Shown piece by piece: positions 51,501 to 62,415 of a stretch of DNA of 64,000 nt. The position numbers were made by a program, and so were the translations under genes. The stretch is from Enterobacter phage vB_Ent31, in sequence record OR567511.1; one strand, written 5' to 3'. The notes below the pieces were generated by a model that saw only the letters and a program-made list of their open reading frames with translations, did not search any database and was not told where the DNA came from. The stretch's first letter is position 1, and the number at the start of each line of letters is the position of its first letter.

Positions 51501-53003
51501 ATGCACGATATCAATGTAAAATTTCATGATTTTAGTCATGTGTTTATTGAGTGTGATGAATCCACATTCCATGAACTAAGAGACTATTTTAGTTTTGAAG
51601 CTGATGGCTACAAATTCAATCCAAAGTATCGTTATGGACATTGGGATGGACGTATTCGCCTTCTGAACTATGACCGTCTGTTACCGTTCGGCCTCGTCGG
51701 ACAAATCCGTAAATTCGCAAACAACATGGGTTATTCAGTTTACTTCGAACCGAAGATTTTTGAGACTGAAGAAATTACTCGTAAAGATTTTGATGACTGG
51801 CTTGGTAATCTCAACATTTACTCTGGGAGTAAAAAGATTGAGCCTCACTGGTATCAGAAAGATGCTGTGTTTGAAGGGTTAGTGAATCGTCGTCGAATTC
51901 TAAACCTCCCAACATCTGCTGGTAAATCTTTAATCCAATGCTTGCTTGCGCGTTATTATGTTGAGAACTACGAAGGTAAAATTTTAATCATCGTTCCAAC
52001 GACAGCATTAGTTGACCAGATGATTAATGACTTCTGTGATTATCGTCTGTTTGGCAAACAACATTGTCTTGGTATTCGGTCAGGTACAAAGCGCGATTCA
52101 GATGCGATGATTTATGTTGCTACCTGGCAGACAGCTGTTAAACAGCCAAAAGAATGGTTTCATCAATTCGGCATGATGATGAATGACGAATGTCATCTGG
52201 CTACTGGCAAATCTATTTCAACTATCGTTGCTGGTTTAAATAATTGCATGTTTAAGTTCGGCTTGTCTGGTTCATTAAAAGACGGCAAAGCTAACGTGAT
52301 GCAGTATGTTGGAATGTTCGGTGAAATTTTCCGTCCAGTTTCAACATCTCAGCTTATGGAAGATGGTCAAGTAACTGACTTAAAAATTAACTCAATCTTC
52401 CTTCGTTACCCAGACGAATTCACCACTAAGATGAAAGGTAAAACTTACCAAGAAGAAATCAAGGTAATTACCAGTGCAAAACGTCGTAACAAATGGGTAG
52501 CTAATTTAGCTGTTAAACTGGCCAAAAGAAATGAAAACGCGTTCTTGATGTTCAAACATGTTGCTCATGGTAAAGAGCTGTTTGAAATGATTAAAGAACT
52601 TGGACATGAGAAGGTGTATTACGTTTCAGGCGAAGTATCAACTGAAGTTCGTAACGCATTGAAAGCGATGGCTGAAAGTGGTACGGGGATTATTGTAGTT
52701 GCATCTTACGGTGTATTCTCTACTGGTATTTCCGTTAAGAATCTTCACCATGTTATTTTAGCTCATCCAGTTAAGTCTAAAATTATCGTTCTGCAGACTA
52801 TCGGTCGTGTACTTCGTAAGCATGATTCTAAATCAATTGCTACAGTATGGGATATCATCGATGATATGGGTGTTAAACCAAAATCAGCAAATGCTAAGAA
52901 GAAATACGTTCATTTGAACTATGCTTTAAAGCACGCGCTGGAGCGCATTCAGAGATATGCAGACGAAAAATTCAATTACGTAATGAAACAAATCGATATT
53001 TGA
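51501..53003 (+). CDS. uvsW: UvsW recombination/repair helicase (SF2)
   Basis: Start MHDINVKFHDFSHV matches T4 UvsW. Walker A LPTSAGKS. DECH box MMNDECH. Confidence 0.9.
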   Translation: MHDINVKFHDFSHVFIECDESTFHELRDYFSFEADGYKFNPKYRYGHWDGRIRLLNYDRLLPFGLVGQIRKFANNMGYSVYFEPKIFETEEITRKDFDDWLGNLNIYSGSKKIEPHWYQKDAVFEGLVNRRRILNLPTSAGKSLIQCLLARYYVENYEGKILIIVPTTALVDQMINDFCDYRLFGKQHCLGIRSGTKRDSDAMIYVATWQTAVKQPKEWFHQFGMMMNDECHLATGKSISTIVAGLNNCMFKFGLSGSLKDGKANVMQYVGMFGEIFRPVSTSQLMEDGQVTDLKINSIFLRYPDEFTTKMKGKTYQEEIKVITSAKRRNKWVANLAVKLAKRNENAFLMFKHVAHGKELFEMIKELGHEKVYYVSGEVSTEVRNALKAMAESGTGIIVVASYGVFSTGISVKNLHHVILAHPVKSKIIVLQTIGRVLRKHDSKSIATVWDIIDDMGVKPKSANAKKKYVHLNYALKHALERIQRYADEKFNYVMKQIDI

Positions 53004-53010
53004 GGAAGCT

Positions 53011-53250
53011 ATGAGCAATCTTAAAACTTTTGAACAAATCATTTACGAGGCATCGATTGATAACTTCATGAGCAAAATTAATTCTTGTCAGACTTTAGAT
53101 GGTTTGAAAGAGCTTGAGAATTATTATGAGAAGCGCTCAAAGGAAGCTGAGCTGGCTGATTCTGATGACATCAGTGTACGTGATGCTTTGGCGGGGCGTC
53201 GAGCTGAACTCGAAGCTGCAGATGATTCTGAGTCGGAAGAAGACTTCTAA
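53011..53250 (+). CDS. uvsW.1: UvsW.1-like small acidic protein
   Basis: 79 aa ORF immediately after uvsW, as in T4. Confidence 0.5.
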   Translation: MSNLKTFEQIIYEASIDNFMSKINSCQTLDGLKELENYYEKRSKEAELADSDDISVRDALAGRRAELEAADDSESEEDF

Positions 53251-53265
53251 TAAAAAGGCCCCTCT

Positions 53266-53284
53266 TTCGAGGGGCAAACCACAA
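53266..53284. terminator. hairpin terminator GGCCCCTC-TTTC-GAGGGGC
   Basis: GC-rich stem flanked by AAAAA. Sits between convergent genes. Confidence 0.5.
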
Positions 53285-53302
53285 GTGGCATAAAACACTA
53301 GG

Positions 53303-53470
53303 CTACATTAAAAGTTGCGTTTCGGTTAATTGCTCTTCTGCGCTTTCGCTTACCGGCAATTCAATCGCATAATTATAGCAGGCTCCCGGATGAACCGGAC
53401 CTTTATCTGTCTCAACAACCAATGCCGAATCAATCGGTTGCTTACAGACAGCACAAATCTTTTCAGACAT
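53303..53470 (-). CDS. small Cys-containing protein (55 aa; uvsY.-2-like position), not in the ORF track
   Basis: Read manually: MSEKICAVCKQPIDSALVVETDKGPVHPGACYNY..., a CxxC...C pattern. Confidence 0.3.
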   Translation of the reverse strand: MSEKICAVCKQPIDSALVVETDKGPVHPGACYNYAIELPVSESAEEQLTETQLLM

Positions 53471-53493
53471 GATTGTCTCCTCTAGTTACAATT

Positions 53494-53721
53494 CTATTTA
53501 TAAGCTTGTTTATAAACTTCCATATTGCCACCAATTTGTCTCATATGCATGTCAATTCCCATATTTTCTTCATAGAAATAGACATCTAAGTAACCAGCGA
53601 ACTTTCCTTTGATATAAAGTACATCTTCACCGACTGGATGGTCTGGGATGATGCGAATATCATCCCTTCTAACACGTCGTGACTTCATCAAAAACTGTAT
53701 TTCAGTTTCAAACTCATCCAT
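53494..53721 (-). CDS. hypothetical protein (75 aa; uvsY.-1-like position)
   Basis: ORF with ATGA coupling to uvsY. Confidence 0.4.
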   Translation of the reverse strand: MDEFETEIQFLMKSRRVRRDDIRIIPDHPVGEDVLYIKGKFAGYLDVYFYEENMGIDMHMRQIGGNMEVYKQAYK

Positions 53722-54134
53722 TACTCACCCGCTTCAAATTTACGCATTTCAATAATATGCTTAATTGAGAATCCACGAGATTTGATAGCATCCATCGCAT
53801 CACGACAGAACTCCAACAAAATCCCCCAATATTGCAAACTGGTATCAATACGAAGTACTTCTTTATCAGCAGACAGAACAGTCTTCATTTCGGACTTTTC
53901 ATAACGGTCCATGCTGAACTCGTCACCATCTCCTCTGCCTGTGTAATAATCCAACTTCTGTTTTAACGCGGACTTCTTCGAAGCCTCGATGCGAAGCATT
54001 TCTTTACGAATAGCAGACAATTTTGTCAACCACTTACCATAAAGAACTGGATTATTAGCTGATTCATACTGCAATTTAGTTGAATCAATAATCAAATCTT
54101 GCTTCAACTCCTCTTGGAGCTCTTCAAGTTTCAC
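53721..54134 (-). CDS. uvsY: UvsY recombination mediator
   Basis: 137 aa, about 80% identical by eye to T4 UvsY (LQYE.ANN...GRGDGDEFSMDRYEKSEMKTVLSADK.VL). Confidence 0.92.
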   Translation of the reverse strand: MKLEELQEELKQDLIIDSTKLQYESANNPVLYGKWLTKLSAIRKEMLRIEASKKSALKQKLDYYTGRGDGDEFSMDRYEKSEMKTVLSADKEVLRIDTSLQYWGILLEFCRDAMDAIKSRGFSIKHIIEMRKFEAGE

Positions 54135-54717
54135 TCACTTTCCTCTTAAAATATTCAACCATTCCAGCATAATCTACGGCTGGAAACCCATTATTCTTAG
54201 CTATAGTACCAAATTTACCACGTTTTGGTTTATTATTGCTTAACCAAAGAGAGTACAATTCAGTTTCTTTATCCCATGGGATAGCTGAGCTTCTTTTAGA
54301 TATCTTTGTAGAGTCTTTAGCCCAATGAGATTGGGTTTTAAACTTTTCTTTCATTGATTTAGATATCTTAAGTTTTCTTTCATTTGAGCATGGGCGCTTT
54401 AATCCACTCATTGGATGTATTTCCCATACTCTGCCTCCATCTCCACCGTCTGCAATGTTAACACAATTACTGAATTTTTCTTTTGCTTCTCTTATAAGCA
54501 AATTTTCGAATTCAGCGTTTAGTTCAGCGGTTTCAAATGTGGCAAGCACATATTTTTCAAACCTTATACTTGGATTCTTTTTGGCATCTTTTATAGCCTT
54601 GCCAGAACCTATGTACTTATTGTTTAAACCGCATCTAGAAGAATGTTTCCCAAAATACAGTTTTATTCCGTTATCACTTATAATTTTAGTAAGATAGCAA
54701 TAATGGTCCATAATCAC
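54124..54717 (-). CDS. GIY-YIG (Seg-like) homing endonuclease
   Basis: N-terminal GIY-YIG module YCYLTKII...KLYFGKHSS...NKYIGSG. Basic NUMOD-like region NERKLKISKSMKEKFK. Inserted between uvsY and gene 25. Confidence 0.7.
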   Translation of the reverse strand: MIMDHYCYLTKIISDNGIKLYFGKHSSRCGLNNKYIGSGKAIKDAKKNPSIRFEKYVLATFETAELNAEFENLLIREAKEKFSNCVNIADGGDGGRVWEIHPMSGLKRPCSNERKLKISKSMKEKFKTQSHWAKDSTKISKRSSAIPWDKETELYSLWLSNNKPKRGKFGTIAKNNGFPAVDYAGMVEYFKRKVSET

Positions 54718-54787
54718 CTTTCTTTGTTCAATTTGTTACTCTAGCAAGGAACTCAAAACCATTATAACCATCTTGAAATGAAAGCGA

Positions 54788-55186
54788 TTAGTTACGGCTT
54801 GAGCTTGCCAATTGAAGCTTAATCTGTTCAAGGTCGTCAGGGTTGTCAATGACTGAGAACTGAACTTCAACGATAAGCGTGTAATCATCGTAAACCGGAG
54901 TGACGTTCACCTGAAGACGACGAATGCGTGGTTCGTAGTTTCTTATAGCAGATGTGATGTTTCGTTCTACAGTGTCAGCTGTAAGAGGAGTCATGTTCTC
55001 GAAAAGCTGGTCTTGTAAATCACACCCAAAGTTAGGGTCAAATGGACGGCTTCCCTTTCTTGTTGTTATAATACCTAAAAGAGAGTTTTTAATTGCTCGT
55101 AACCCACGAGCACGTGCAACGTCTTTGGACCAATCCATTTTAAGTTCAGGGTCCAAATCCGAATAAAGGTCGTTTATATTTGCCAT
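54788..55186 (-). CDS. 25: gp25 baseplate wedge / sheath initiator
   Basis: 132 aa, the T4 gp25 length. Synteny. Confidence 0.85.
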   Translation of the reverse strand: MANINDLYSDLDPELKMDWSKDVARARGLRAIKNSLLGIITTRKGSRPFDPNFGCDLQDQLFENMTPLTADTVERNITSAIRNYEPRIRRLQVNVTPVYDDYTLIVEVQFSVIDNPDDLEQIKLQLASSSRN

Positions 55187-55815
55187 TACAGATACCTGAA
55201 GAATTCTTTAAGGCCTTTAATCACTTCAACGTGAGTTGCTCCGCATTTCTGACATTTCACAGGAACTGCTAGATAAACGGTAGGCTTTAAAAGCATATTT
55301 TTGATGCGGATAATATCCTCTTCAGTTATAGCTGAGTAAAGGTCATCGATTTCTTTGTCATTCAAATCTTCGATTGAAATGGTTTCACCATTCACATAGA
55401 TGTACTCGATACACGTGGCAATCATCTGTGCGATGTTTTTATCATCGAATAATTTTGGATAACGAAGCTTAAGTTTAAAATTCGCTAGAGGATACCAGAG
55501 TTCCTCTGGTTCATCGATTTGTGCAGATGTAAAGTTAATCGGCGTTAATGTTTCGTGACCTTCTGGACATATCCAGATGTTCTCATGATTAACCTCACCT
55601 AATGAGTGAGACCATAACTGAATCAGCAGAAGTTCTGACTCTTGCTTATTAAGGTTTCGTGCCGATGTACAATTATTAATCAACCGTTTTACTACTTCAT
55701 CAATGTTTCCATTGATTTTGCCATCGATGAGCTCTTTGTATTCTTCTAACGTAAAAGCTCTGCATTGGATATCAGAGCCATTAATCTGGACTTCAAATTT
55801 GTAATCGTAGTTCAT
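55186..55815 (-). CDS. 26: gp26 baseplate hub subunit
   Basis: 209 aa (T4 208 aa). Confidence 0.8.
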   Translation of the reverse strand: MNYDYKFEVQINGSDIQCRAFTLEEYKELIDGKINGNIDEVVKRLINNCTSARNLNKQESELLLIQLWSHSLGEVNHENIWICPEGHETLTPINFTSAQIDEPEELWYPLANFKLKLRYPKLFDDKNIAQMIATCIEYIYVNGETISIEDLNDKEIDDLYSAITEEDIIRIKNMLLKPTVYLAVPVKCQKCGATHVEVIKGLKEFFRYL

Positions 55816-55842
55816 ATTAGCTCCTTACGGACTATTTATAAA

Positions 55843-55854
55843 TATTTCAATAAA
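55843..55854. promoter_or_regulatory. divergent overlapping late promoters (TATTTATAAATA) for gene 26 (minus) and gene 51 (plus)
   Basis: Palindromic TATTTATA/TATAAATA in the 49-nt gap between divergent starts. Confidence 0.5.
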
Positions 55855-55864
55855 GGAGACCTCT

Positions 55865-56617
55865 ATGGCCAATATAATTCGTTGTGTACTACCGGACGGG
55901 GTCCATCGTTTTAAACCCTTCACGGTAGCTGATTACAGAGATTTCCTTCTGGTTCGTAACGACATGCAGCACAAAACTTACGAAGAACAGAAGGTGATTA
56001 TAAAAGAACTTTTAGCTGATTACTTTGGTGAATACCCTGAGACTTTACGCCCATATATGTTTATGAAGGTATTCACCGGCTCAATCGGTAAAACAAAAAT
56101 TCCAGTAGCTTTTACTTGTCCGACTTGCGAAAAACAAAAGCAAGTTCTGTTTGATATCAGTCAAGAAGATTTGGTTGAACCTACTATTGAAGTGGCTGGA
56201 ATCACAATAGCTTTCAAATTCCCTGAGAAGGAATACGAAGATAAAGCTGCAATGATTTATGATTGCATTAAAGCAATTAAATACAACAATCAATGGTATC
56301 CTTGGAAGGAGATATCAGAAGACAACCAAATCCAAGTAATAGAAGCAATTGACTTCACAACATTTGAAAAGATTTACACTCAATTAACTCCGATGAGATT
56401 TGAGCTTAAGATGAAATGTTGTGAGTTGAGAACAAACGTGTATGAAGACATTTTATCAGTTTTTAAGCTTCTGATAAACCCAGATGAAATTTTTAGCTTC
56501 TATCAAATCAATCACACTCTTGTTAAAAGTTCATACGACTTGAACAGCATAATGGGTATGATTCCAATCGAGCGAAGCATCGCCCTTTCGTTAGTAGAGA
56601 AGGACAATAAGAAATGA
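55865..56617 (+). CDS. 51: gp51 baseplate hub assembly catalyst
   Basis: 250 aa (T4 249 aa). Synteny. Confidence 0.8.
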   Translation: MANIIRCVLPDGVHRFKPFTVADYRDFLLVRNDMQHKTYEEQKVIIKELLADYFGEYPETLRPYMFMKVFTGSIGKTKIPVAFTCPTCEKQKQVLFDISQEDLVEPTIEVAGITIAFKFPEKEYEDKAAMIYDCIKAIKYNNQWYPWKEISEDNQIQVIEAIDFTTFEKIYTQLTPMRFELKMKCCELRTNVYEDILSVFKLLINPDEIFSFYQINHTLVKSSYDLNSIMGMIPIERSIALSLVEKDNKK

Positions 56618-57798
56618 CAGTACTACAACGTCCAGGTTTTCCTAACTTAAGCATAAAGCTCTATGAAAATTACGATGCTTGGTTAGATAACCGTTTCCTT
56701 GAATTAGCAGCAACTGTAACGACGCTTACTATGCGTGATGGTCTTTATGGAAGAAATGAAGGAATGCTGCAATTCTATGATAACAAAAATATGCATACCA
56801 GAATGAATGGTGACCAAATCATTCAAATTTCTGTGGCCAATGCAAACAGTAAAAGAACATTGAACCGCATTTACGGTTGTAAGCATTTTTCAGTTTCAGT
56901 TGACTCTAAAGGCGATAACATCATCGCAATTCAACTTGGATTGGTGCACGAGATTATCAACCTCAAGTTTAGTCGTTGTTTCTTCAACGATGCTGGTGAG
57001 TCAATTAAAGAGATGATTGGTGTAATTTACCAAGACACTCCTCATATCGCTCCAGCTATAAACTCGATTAACACCTACGTTCCACGAGTTCCATGGACGA
57101 GTACATTAAAGGACTATTTAGCTTGGGTTAGAGAAATATCTCTTGCTGTTGAAAGTGACCAGTTCGTGTTTGTGTGGGAAGATATCTATGGCATCAACAT
57201 GATGGACTACGCGTTTATGATTGCCCAAGAGCCTATCCCGGTTGTTGTTGGTGAACCTCGCCAAATTGGCCAAATGATTAATGAACTGAACACAGACCTT
57301 GCTTATAATTTCGAGTGGCTTACTAAAGCTAATCAATTCACGCGTAACCCAATGGCCAATGCTACATTTTATGCCCACAGCTTCTTGGATAACCAATTCC
57401 CTCGAATTATTACTGGCGATGGTTATAACTCGGTTTTGGTATCTCGCTCAGGTTCATATTCTGAAATGACTTATCGTAATGCATATGAAGAAGCTTTACG
57501 ATTAGGAACAATGGCGCAATATGACGGTTATGCTAAGTGCACTATGGTTGGTAACTTTGAATATACTCCAGGAAAAAAGATAAACTTCTTTGACCCTAAA
57601 AACCAATTCCGCACAAACTTTTACGTAGATGAAGTTATTCATGAAGTTTCTAACAACCAGTCAATAACTACATTATACATGTTTACTAACGGACAGAACT
57701 TAAGTCCAGTAGAACCAATTAAGGTGAAAAATGAATTTAAACCTAATACTTCCAATGAAAACAATTCAAGTGAACCAGAAGGAAATAAAAATTCCTAA
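56614..57798 (+). CDS. 27: gp27 baseplate hub
   Basis: 394 aa (T4 391 aa). Confidence 0.85.
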   Translation: MTVLQRPGFPNLSIKLYENYDAWLDNRFLELAATVTTLTMRDGLYGRNEGMLQFYDNKNMHTRMNGDQIIQISVANANSKRTLNRIYGCKHFSVSVDSKGDNIIAIQLGLVHEIINLKFSRCFFNDAGESIKEMIGVIYQDTPHIAPAINSINTYVPRVPWTSTLKDYLAWVREISLAVESDQFVFVWEDIYGINMMDYAFMIAQEPIPVVVGEPRQIGQMINELNTDLAYNFEWLTKANQFTRNPMANATFYAHSFLDNQFPRIITGDGYNSVLVSRSGSYSEMTYRNAYEEALRLGTMAQYDGYAKCTMVGNFEYTPGKKINFFDPKNQFRTNFYVDEVIHEVSNNQSITTLYMFTNGQNLSPVEPIKVKNEFKPNTSNENNSSEPEGNKNS

Positions 57799-58258
57799 GC
57801 TTGGATTGAAGCATCACAACATGCTGAAAGAAGTTAAATCTCCGGAAGAGAATTTATCGCTGCTGATTAATTCAATTCATCCAGGTTTAACACCAGCCGA
57901 AATCGATTACGTTTCAATTCATTTACTTGAGTTCAACGGTAAGATTAAAAGTAAGGTAGTCAAAGATGATTTTGAATATGACCTTTCAACTTTAAGAATT
58001 GTTCAACGATTAGAATTTCAATTCGCTGGTCATACTTTCAAATTCAGAGCTCCTAAGCAGTTTGAAGGATTTGGCGGTGTTGATAAGATGCTTTCAAAAT
58101 GCCTTGAAACGGTAGACGGTAAAAAAGAAGATGTCGACTTCATGAAGATGCCAGCATTTGTAACTAAATGGGCAGACGACATTTCAAGTACTGTAGCAGT
58201 AAGCGGCCCTAATGGCGACATCAGAGGAGTTGCCAAAATCATAGGAATTTTTGAATGA
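57731..58258 (+). CDS. 28: gp28 baseplate hub distal subunit
   Basis: [31 protein letters not shown] matches the T4 gp28 N-terminus. Overlaps the gene 27 3' end as in T4. Confidence 0.8.
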   Translation: MNLNLILPMKTIQVNQKEIKIPKLGLKHHNMLKEVKSPEENLSLLINSIHPGLTPAEIDYVSIHLLEFNGKIKSKVVKDDFEYDLSTLRIVQRLEFQFAGHTFKFRAPKQFEGFGGVDKMLSKCLETVDGKKEDVDFMKMPAFVTKWADDISSTVAVSGPNGDIRGVAKIIGIFE

Positions 58259-60015
58259 AAACCGAAAACATGAAGACGATGCGCCGGAAGGTTATTGAAG
58301 AGGGTCGTAGTGAAAGAGATGCAGCGAAAGCTGCATCAACTCAAGCCGAATCTTTATCAGTTCTTTCTTCTCAGCTTGATGATTTACAAACTCAAGCTGA
58401 GCTTACGTCTGAAGTAATTGAGGATAAAGGTAATCAAGTTATTGATGCCTTGAATCGCGTTGACCAAAGCATAATTGATACTACAGCCGGAGCTGAATTA
58501 ACCGCCGAAGCATCTGAAAGAACTACAGAAGCTGTTAAGCAGCAGACTGAAGTATCAAACAAGATTTCAGATAAGCTCAGTAAGCTAACAGAACTTTTAA
58601 ATGAACGTCTTTCAGCTATCACTCCGAATCTTCCACAGATATCTGTTCCAGATACGTCACTGTCTGTAGTTGAAGATGCAGTACCTGTTGATATAGTGAC
58701 ACCAGGGTTACCAGAATTACTTCAGGAGTTAATTCCGGACCCGGTCAATAATACCAATAACCCTAATGATGCGTTCTTCCCTACCGTTCCAGAGAACCCA
58801 GAGAGTGATTCTAAAAAGGGAGCTGATGAGGAACGTAAGAAGAAAGACTCTGACACTCTGAGCAATCTGCTTAAAGCTACAAAAAGCGGATTCAAAGCTT
58901 CAATGAGCATTACAGACAGAATAGCTGGAATGCTTTTCAAGTACACTGTAACTGCTGTGATTGAAGCTGCTAAAACAGCTGCACTGCTGTTCTCTATCGT
59001 GCTCGGTATAGATGTTATAATGAAGCACTTCAAGTATTGGTCAGATAAATTCACTTCAGACTTTGATAAGTTCTCTGCTGAAGCTGGCGAATGGGGAAGC
59101 ACATTATCATCTATATTTGGAACACTTGAAAATATTCAGAAGTTCTGGGAAGCTGGAGATTGGTCTGGATTAACTGTGGCTATTGTAAAAGGCGTAACTG
59201 AAATCATTTACAACCTCAGCGAACTCATTTCTTTAGGAATGTCAAAAGTGGCTGCTGCTATTCTTTCACTTATTCCTGGTTTAGGAGATGCTGCATTATC
59301 TGTTGAAGGAGCTGCATTGGAAGGTTTCCAAGAAAGAACGGGTAACTCTCTTTCTAAAGAAGACCAAGACACATTAGCTAAGTATCAATCATCTAAGATT
59401 GAAAAAGGCGAAAACTTCTTCGATAAAGTATCTCAAGGTAAAACTTGGATTGTTAACAAAATAACTGGAGATGCTAACATTTCTGATTTTGTTACAGATG
59501 AAGAAAGAGAATCCCAGAATGAAAAACTTCGTCAGATGAAACCTGAAGAAAGGGAACAAGTTCTGAAGAAAGGGAATGAAGCTCGTGCTGCTATTGTTAG
59601 ATTTGAAAAATACATGGAACAAATCAACCCTGATGATAAACGCTCAGTTGAATCAGCTGATAAAGCATATGCTAATCTTCAAACGCAGTTAAACGACACT
59701 GACCTGAATAATTCTCCTGTAACTAAAAAAGAATTAAGTGCTCGTATGAATATTGTTACTGCTAAGTATGATAAGCTCAAAGGTAAAGAACCTCAGCCTG
59801 CTCCATCGTCTCAATCTGAGGATGTTAAAAAAGTCGAAAGCATTGAGAAGAATAAAGCGGCTAAAGAGGCTTCATTAGGTACTAGTGCTGGAGCTGCTGC
59901 GGCTAACTTGTTCAATACAAATAACGTCATTAACAACAGTAGAACTATAAATACTGTTAGTCCTGTAACGAGCACTAATGCTCCAGGCGTATTTGGTGCA
60001 ACTGGTGTTAACTAA
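58255..60015 (+). CDS. 29: gp29 tail tape measure / baseplate hub
   Basis: 586 aa (T4 590 aa). Confidence 0.8.
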   Translation: MKTENMKTMRRKVIEEGRSERDAAKAASTQAESLSVLSSQLDDLQTQAELTSEVIEDKGNQVIDALNRVDQSIIDTTAGAELTAEASERTTEAVKQQTEVSNKISDKLSKLTELLNERLSAITPNLPQISVPDTSLSVVEDAVPVDIVTPGLPELLQELIPDPVNNTNNPNDAFFPTVPENPESDSKKGADEERKKKDSDTLSNLLKATKSGFKASMSITDRIAGMLFKYTVTAVIEAAKTAALLFSIVLGIDVIMKHFKYWSDKFTSDFDKFSAEAGEWGSTLSSIFGTLENIQKFWEAGDWSGLTVAIVKGVTEIIYNLSELISLGMSKVAAAILSLIPGLGDAALSVEGAALEGFQERTGNSLSKEDQDTLAKYQSSKIEKGENFFDKVSQGKTWIVNKITGDANISDFVTDEERESQNEKLRQMKPEEREQVLKKGNEARAAIVRFEKYMEQINPDDKRSVESADKAYANLQTQLNDTDLNNSPVTKKELSARMNIVTAKYDKLKGKEPQPAPSSQSEDVKKVESIEKNKAAKEASLGTSAGAAAANLFNTNNVINNSRTINTVSPVTSTNAPGVFGATGVN

Positions 60016-60024
60016 GGAATAATC

Positions 60025-61074
60025 ATGGCTATAAGAGCTACAGAAATTCTAGATAAAGATTTCGGCAGTGGAGAAAAGACCTCTGCCGGTCAAAGTTCTA
60101 TTTCGTCAACTCGAAGAAGTACTATAGTAGCTCAATACCCGGCACAACGTGCCGCCGGTAACGATGCTGCAGGAGACCTTCGTGTTCATGACCTTTATAA
60201 AAATGGATTGCTTTTTACCGCATATGATATGAGTTCAAGAACATCTCCGGACCTTCGTAATATGCGACAATCCCAATTGAGTAAATCAGCGAGTTCTATT
60301 CTTAATAGCCTCGGAATTAAAAATAACGGCCAAGTTGATAAATCTCCGATTGCGAATATTTTACTTCCACGTTCTAAATCTGACGTTGAATCAACTTCTC
60401 ACAAGTTCAATGACGTTGGTGAATCATTAATTACTCGTGGAAATAATTCAGCTACTGGAGTATTGAGTAACGTTGCATCCACAGCAGTATTTGGTGCATT
60501 AGATTCAGTCACTCAAGGTCTGATGGCTGACAATAACGAGCAAATCTATAATACCGCGCGAAGCATGTATGCGGGAGCAGATAACAGAACAAAAGTATTC
60601 ACTTGGGATTTGACTCCTCGTTCAGTAGCTGATTTAGTTTCAATTATTCAGATATACGAGTGCTTTAATTATTTCAGCTATGGCGAAACTGGCAATTCAA
60701 GTTACGCTAAAGAATTAAAAGGCCAATTGGATGAGTGGTACAAAACAACTCTGCTGTCTCCATTAACTCCAGATGGAGCTGATTTGAACAACACGATGTT
60801 TGAAAATATCACTTCATTCTTAAGTAACGTTATTGTTGTAACTAACCCAACGGTATGGTTCATCAGAAACTTTGGTAAGACATCTAAATTTGATGGAAGA
60901 ACCGAGTTGTTTGGTCCATGTCAGATTCAGAGTATTCGCTTTGATAAAACTCCGAATGGTCAATTCAATGGTTTAGCAATTGCTCCTAATATGCCAAGCA
61001 CTTTTACTCTGGAAATTACTTTCCGTGAAATCTTGACATTAAGCAGGGCATCACTTTATGCAGAAGGTTTCTAA
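60025..61074 (+). CDS. 48: gp48 baseplate tail tube cap
   Basis: 349 aa (T4 364 aa). Synteny. Confidence 0.8.
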   Translation: MAIRATEILDKDFGSGEKTSAGQSSISSTRRSTIVAQYPAQRAAGNDAAGDLRVHDLYKNGLLFTAYDMSSRTSPDLRNMRQSQLSKSASSILNSLGIKNNGQVDKSPIANILLPRSKSDVESTSHKFNDVGESLITRGNNSATGVLSNVASTAVFGALDSVTQGLMADNNEQIYNTARSMYAGADNRTKVFTWDLTPRSVADLVSIIQIYECFNYFSYGETGNSSYAKELKGQLDEWYKTTLLSPLTPDGADLNNTMFENITSFLSNVIVVTNPTVWFIRNFGKTSKFDGRTELFGPCQIQSIRFDKTPNGQFNGLAIAPNMPSTFTLEITFREILTLSRASLYAEGF

Positions 61075-62036
61075 TGCTTAATTTAGATGAATTCAACAAC
61101 CAAGTAATGAACGTTGATTTTCAACGTACAAATATGTTTAGTTGTGTATTCGCAACGACTCCATCTGCAAAGTCTCAATTATTGTTGGACCAATTCGGTG
61201 GAATGCTTTATAATAACTTGCCAGTCTCAGGAGACTGGCTTGGATTATCTCAAGGCGAATTTACACAAGGAATTACATCAATTATCACTGCAGGTACTCA
61301 AGAACTAGTTCGTAAATCGGGTGTATCTAAGTACCTTATCGGTGCAATGACAAACCGTGTTGTTCAATCTTTATTGGGAGAATTTGAAGTTGGTACTTAT
61401 TTACTTGACTTCTTCAATATGGCTTTCCCAACATCAGGATTGATGATTTATTCAGCTAAAATTCCTGATAACAGACTGTCACACGAAACAGATTGGCTTC
61501 ATAACTCTCCTAATATTCGTATCACCGGAAGAGAATTGGAGCCACTTACATTAAGTTTCCGAATGGATTCTGAAGCAAGCAACTGGAGAGCAATGCAAGA
61601 CTGGGTTAACTCTGTACAAGACCCAGTCACTGGATTAAGAGCTCTTCCTATCGATGTTGAAGCTGATATTCAAGTTAACTTACATGCACGTAATGGATTA
61701 CCTCATACTGTGTGTATGTTTACTGGGTGTGTTCCAGTTTCATGTGGTTCACCTGAATTTACTTGGGATGGCGACAACCAAATTGCTGTATTTGACGTTC
61801 AGTTTGCTTATCGCGTTATGCAGGTGGGTGCTGTTGGTCGTCAAGCTGCTGCTGATTGGGTTGAAGATAGGCTTGTTCATGCTATTGGAAATATTTCTGA
61901 TGACATGAGTCTTGACCCATCATTGTCAAGACTTAGTAGATTAGGAGGCGCTGGCGGTGGCATTACTCAGATGGGTAATGCAATAGGGCGTAAGACTGGA
62001 ATGTGGAATAGTACTTCCAAGATACTTGGATTATGA
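61074..62036 (+). CDS. 54: gp54 baseplate tail tube initiator
   Basis: 320 aa, the T4 gp54 length. Confidence 0.85.
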   Translation: MLNLDEFNNQVMNVDFQRTNMFSCVFATTPSAKSQLLLDQFGGMLYNNLPVSGDWLGLSQGEFTQGITSIITAGTQELVRKSGVSKYLIGAMTNRVVQSLLGEFEVGTYLLDFFNMAFPTSGLMIYSAKIPDNRLSHETDWLHNSPNIRITGRELEPLTLSFRMDSEASNWRAMQDWVNSVQDPVTGLRALPIDVEADIQVNLHARNGLPHTVCMFTGCVPVSCGSPEFTWDGDNQIAVFDVQFAYRVMQVGAVGRQAAADWVEDRLVHAIGNISDDMSLDPSLSRLSRLGGAGGGITQMGNAIGRKTGMWNSTSKILGL

Positions 62037-62064
62037 AAAAAGGGAGCCTTTCGGCTCCCTTTGT
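62037..62064. terminator. bidirectional terminator GGGAGCC-TTTC-GGCTCCC
   Basis: Flanked by AAAAAA and TTTGTTTT. Sits between convergent genes. Confidence 0.55.
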
Positions 62065-62065
62065 T

Positions 62066-62401
62066 TTATTTACGGAACACCACGAAAGCATTAATAACAA
62101 CTTCCGAAGACTGCTCAACGTTAGTTACAGTGATTTTAAACGGAACTTCACCATCGAATTTACCATTCAGAGTATAAGCGATATACCCTTCACATTTATC
62201 TTCTGGAATTCCGAACGGTGCCAGTGGAACCATTTCAACCATTCCTTTAGCAATCTTTTGAATCTCGTTAAAGACCATGTTGTTGAATTCGTCAGATACT
62301 GGAACTACACCTTCAACTACAGTTTCTTGGCCATTCATACGTAGAATCGATTTCATGATGTTCTCCTCAGTTAGTGTAAGTCTATAGTAACACACTTCCA
62401 T
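62066..62401 (-). CDS. hypothetical protein (111 aa; alt.-1-like position)
   Basis: ORF only. Confidence 0.45.
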   Translation of the reverse strand: MEVCYYRLTLTEENIMKSILRMNGQETVVEGVVPVSDEFNNMVFNEIQKIAKGMVEMVPLAPFGIPEDKCEGYIAYTLNGKFDGEVPFKITVTNVEQSSEVVINAFVVFRK

Positions 62402-62415
62402 GTGCGTGTAAACGG

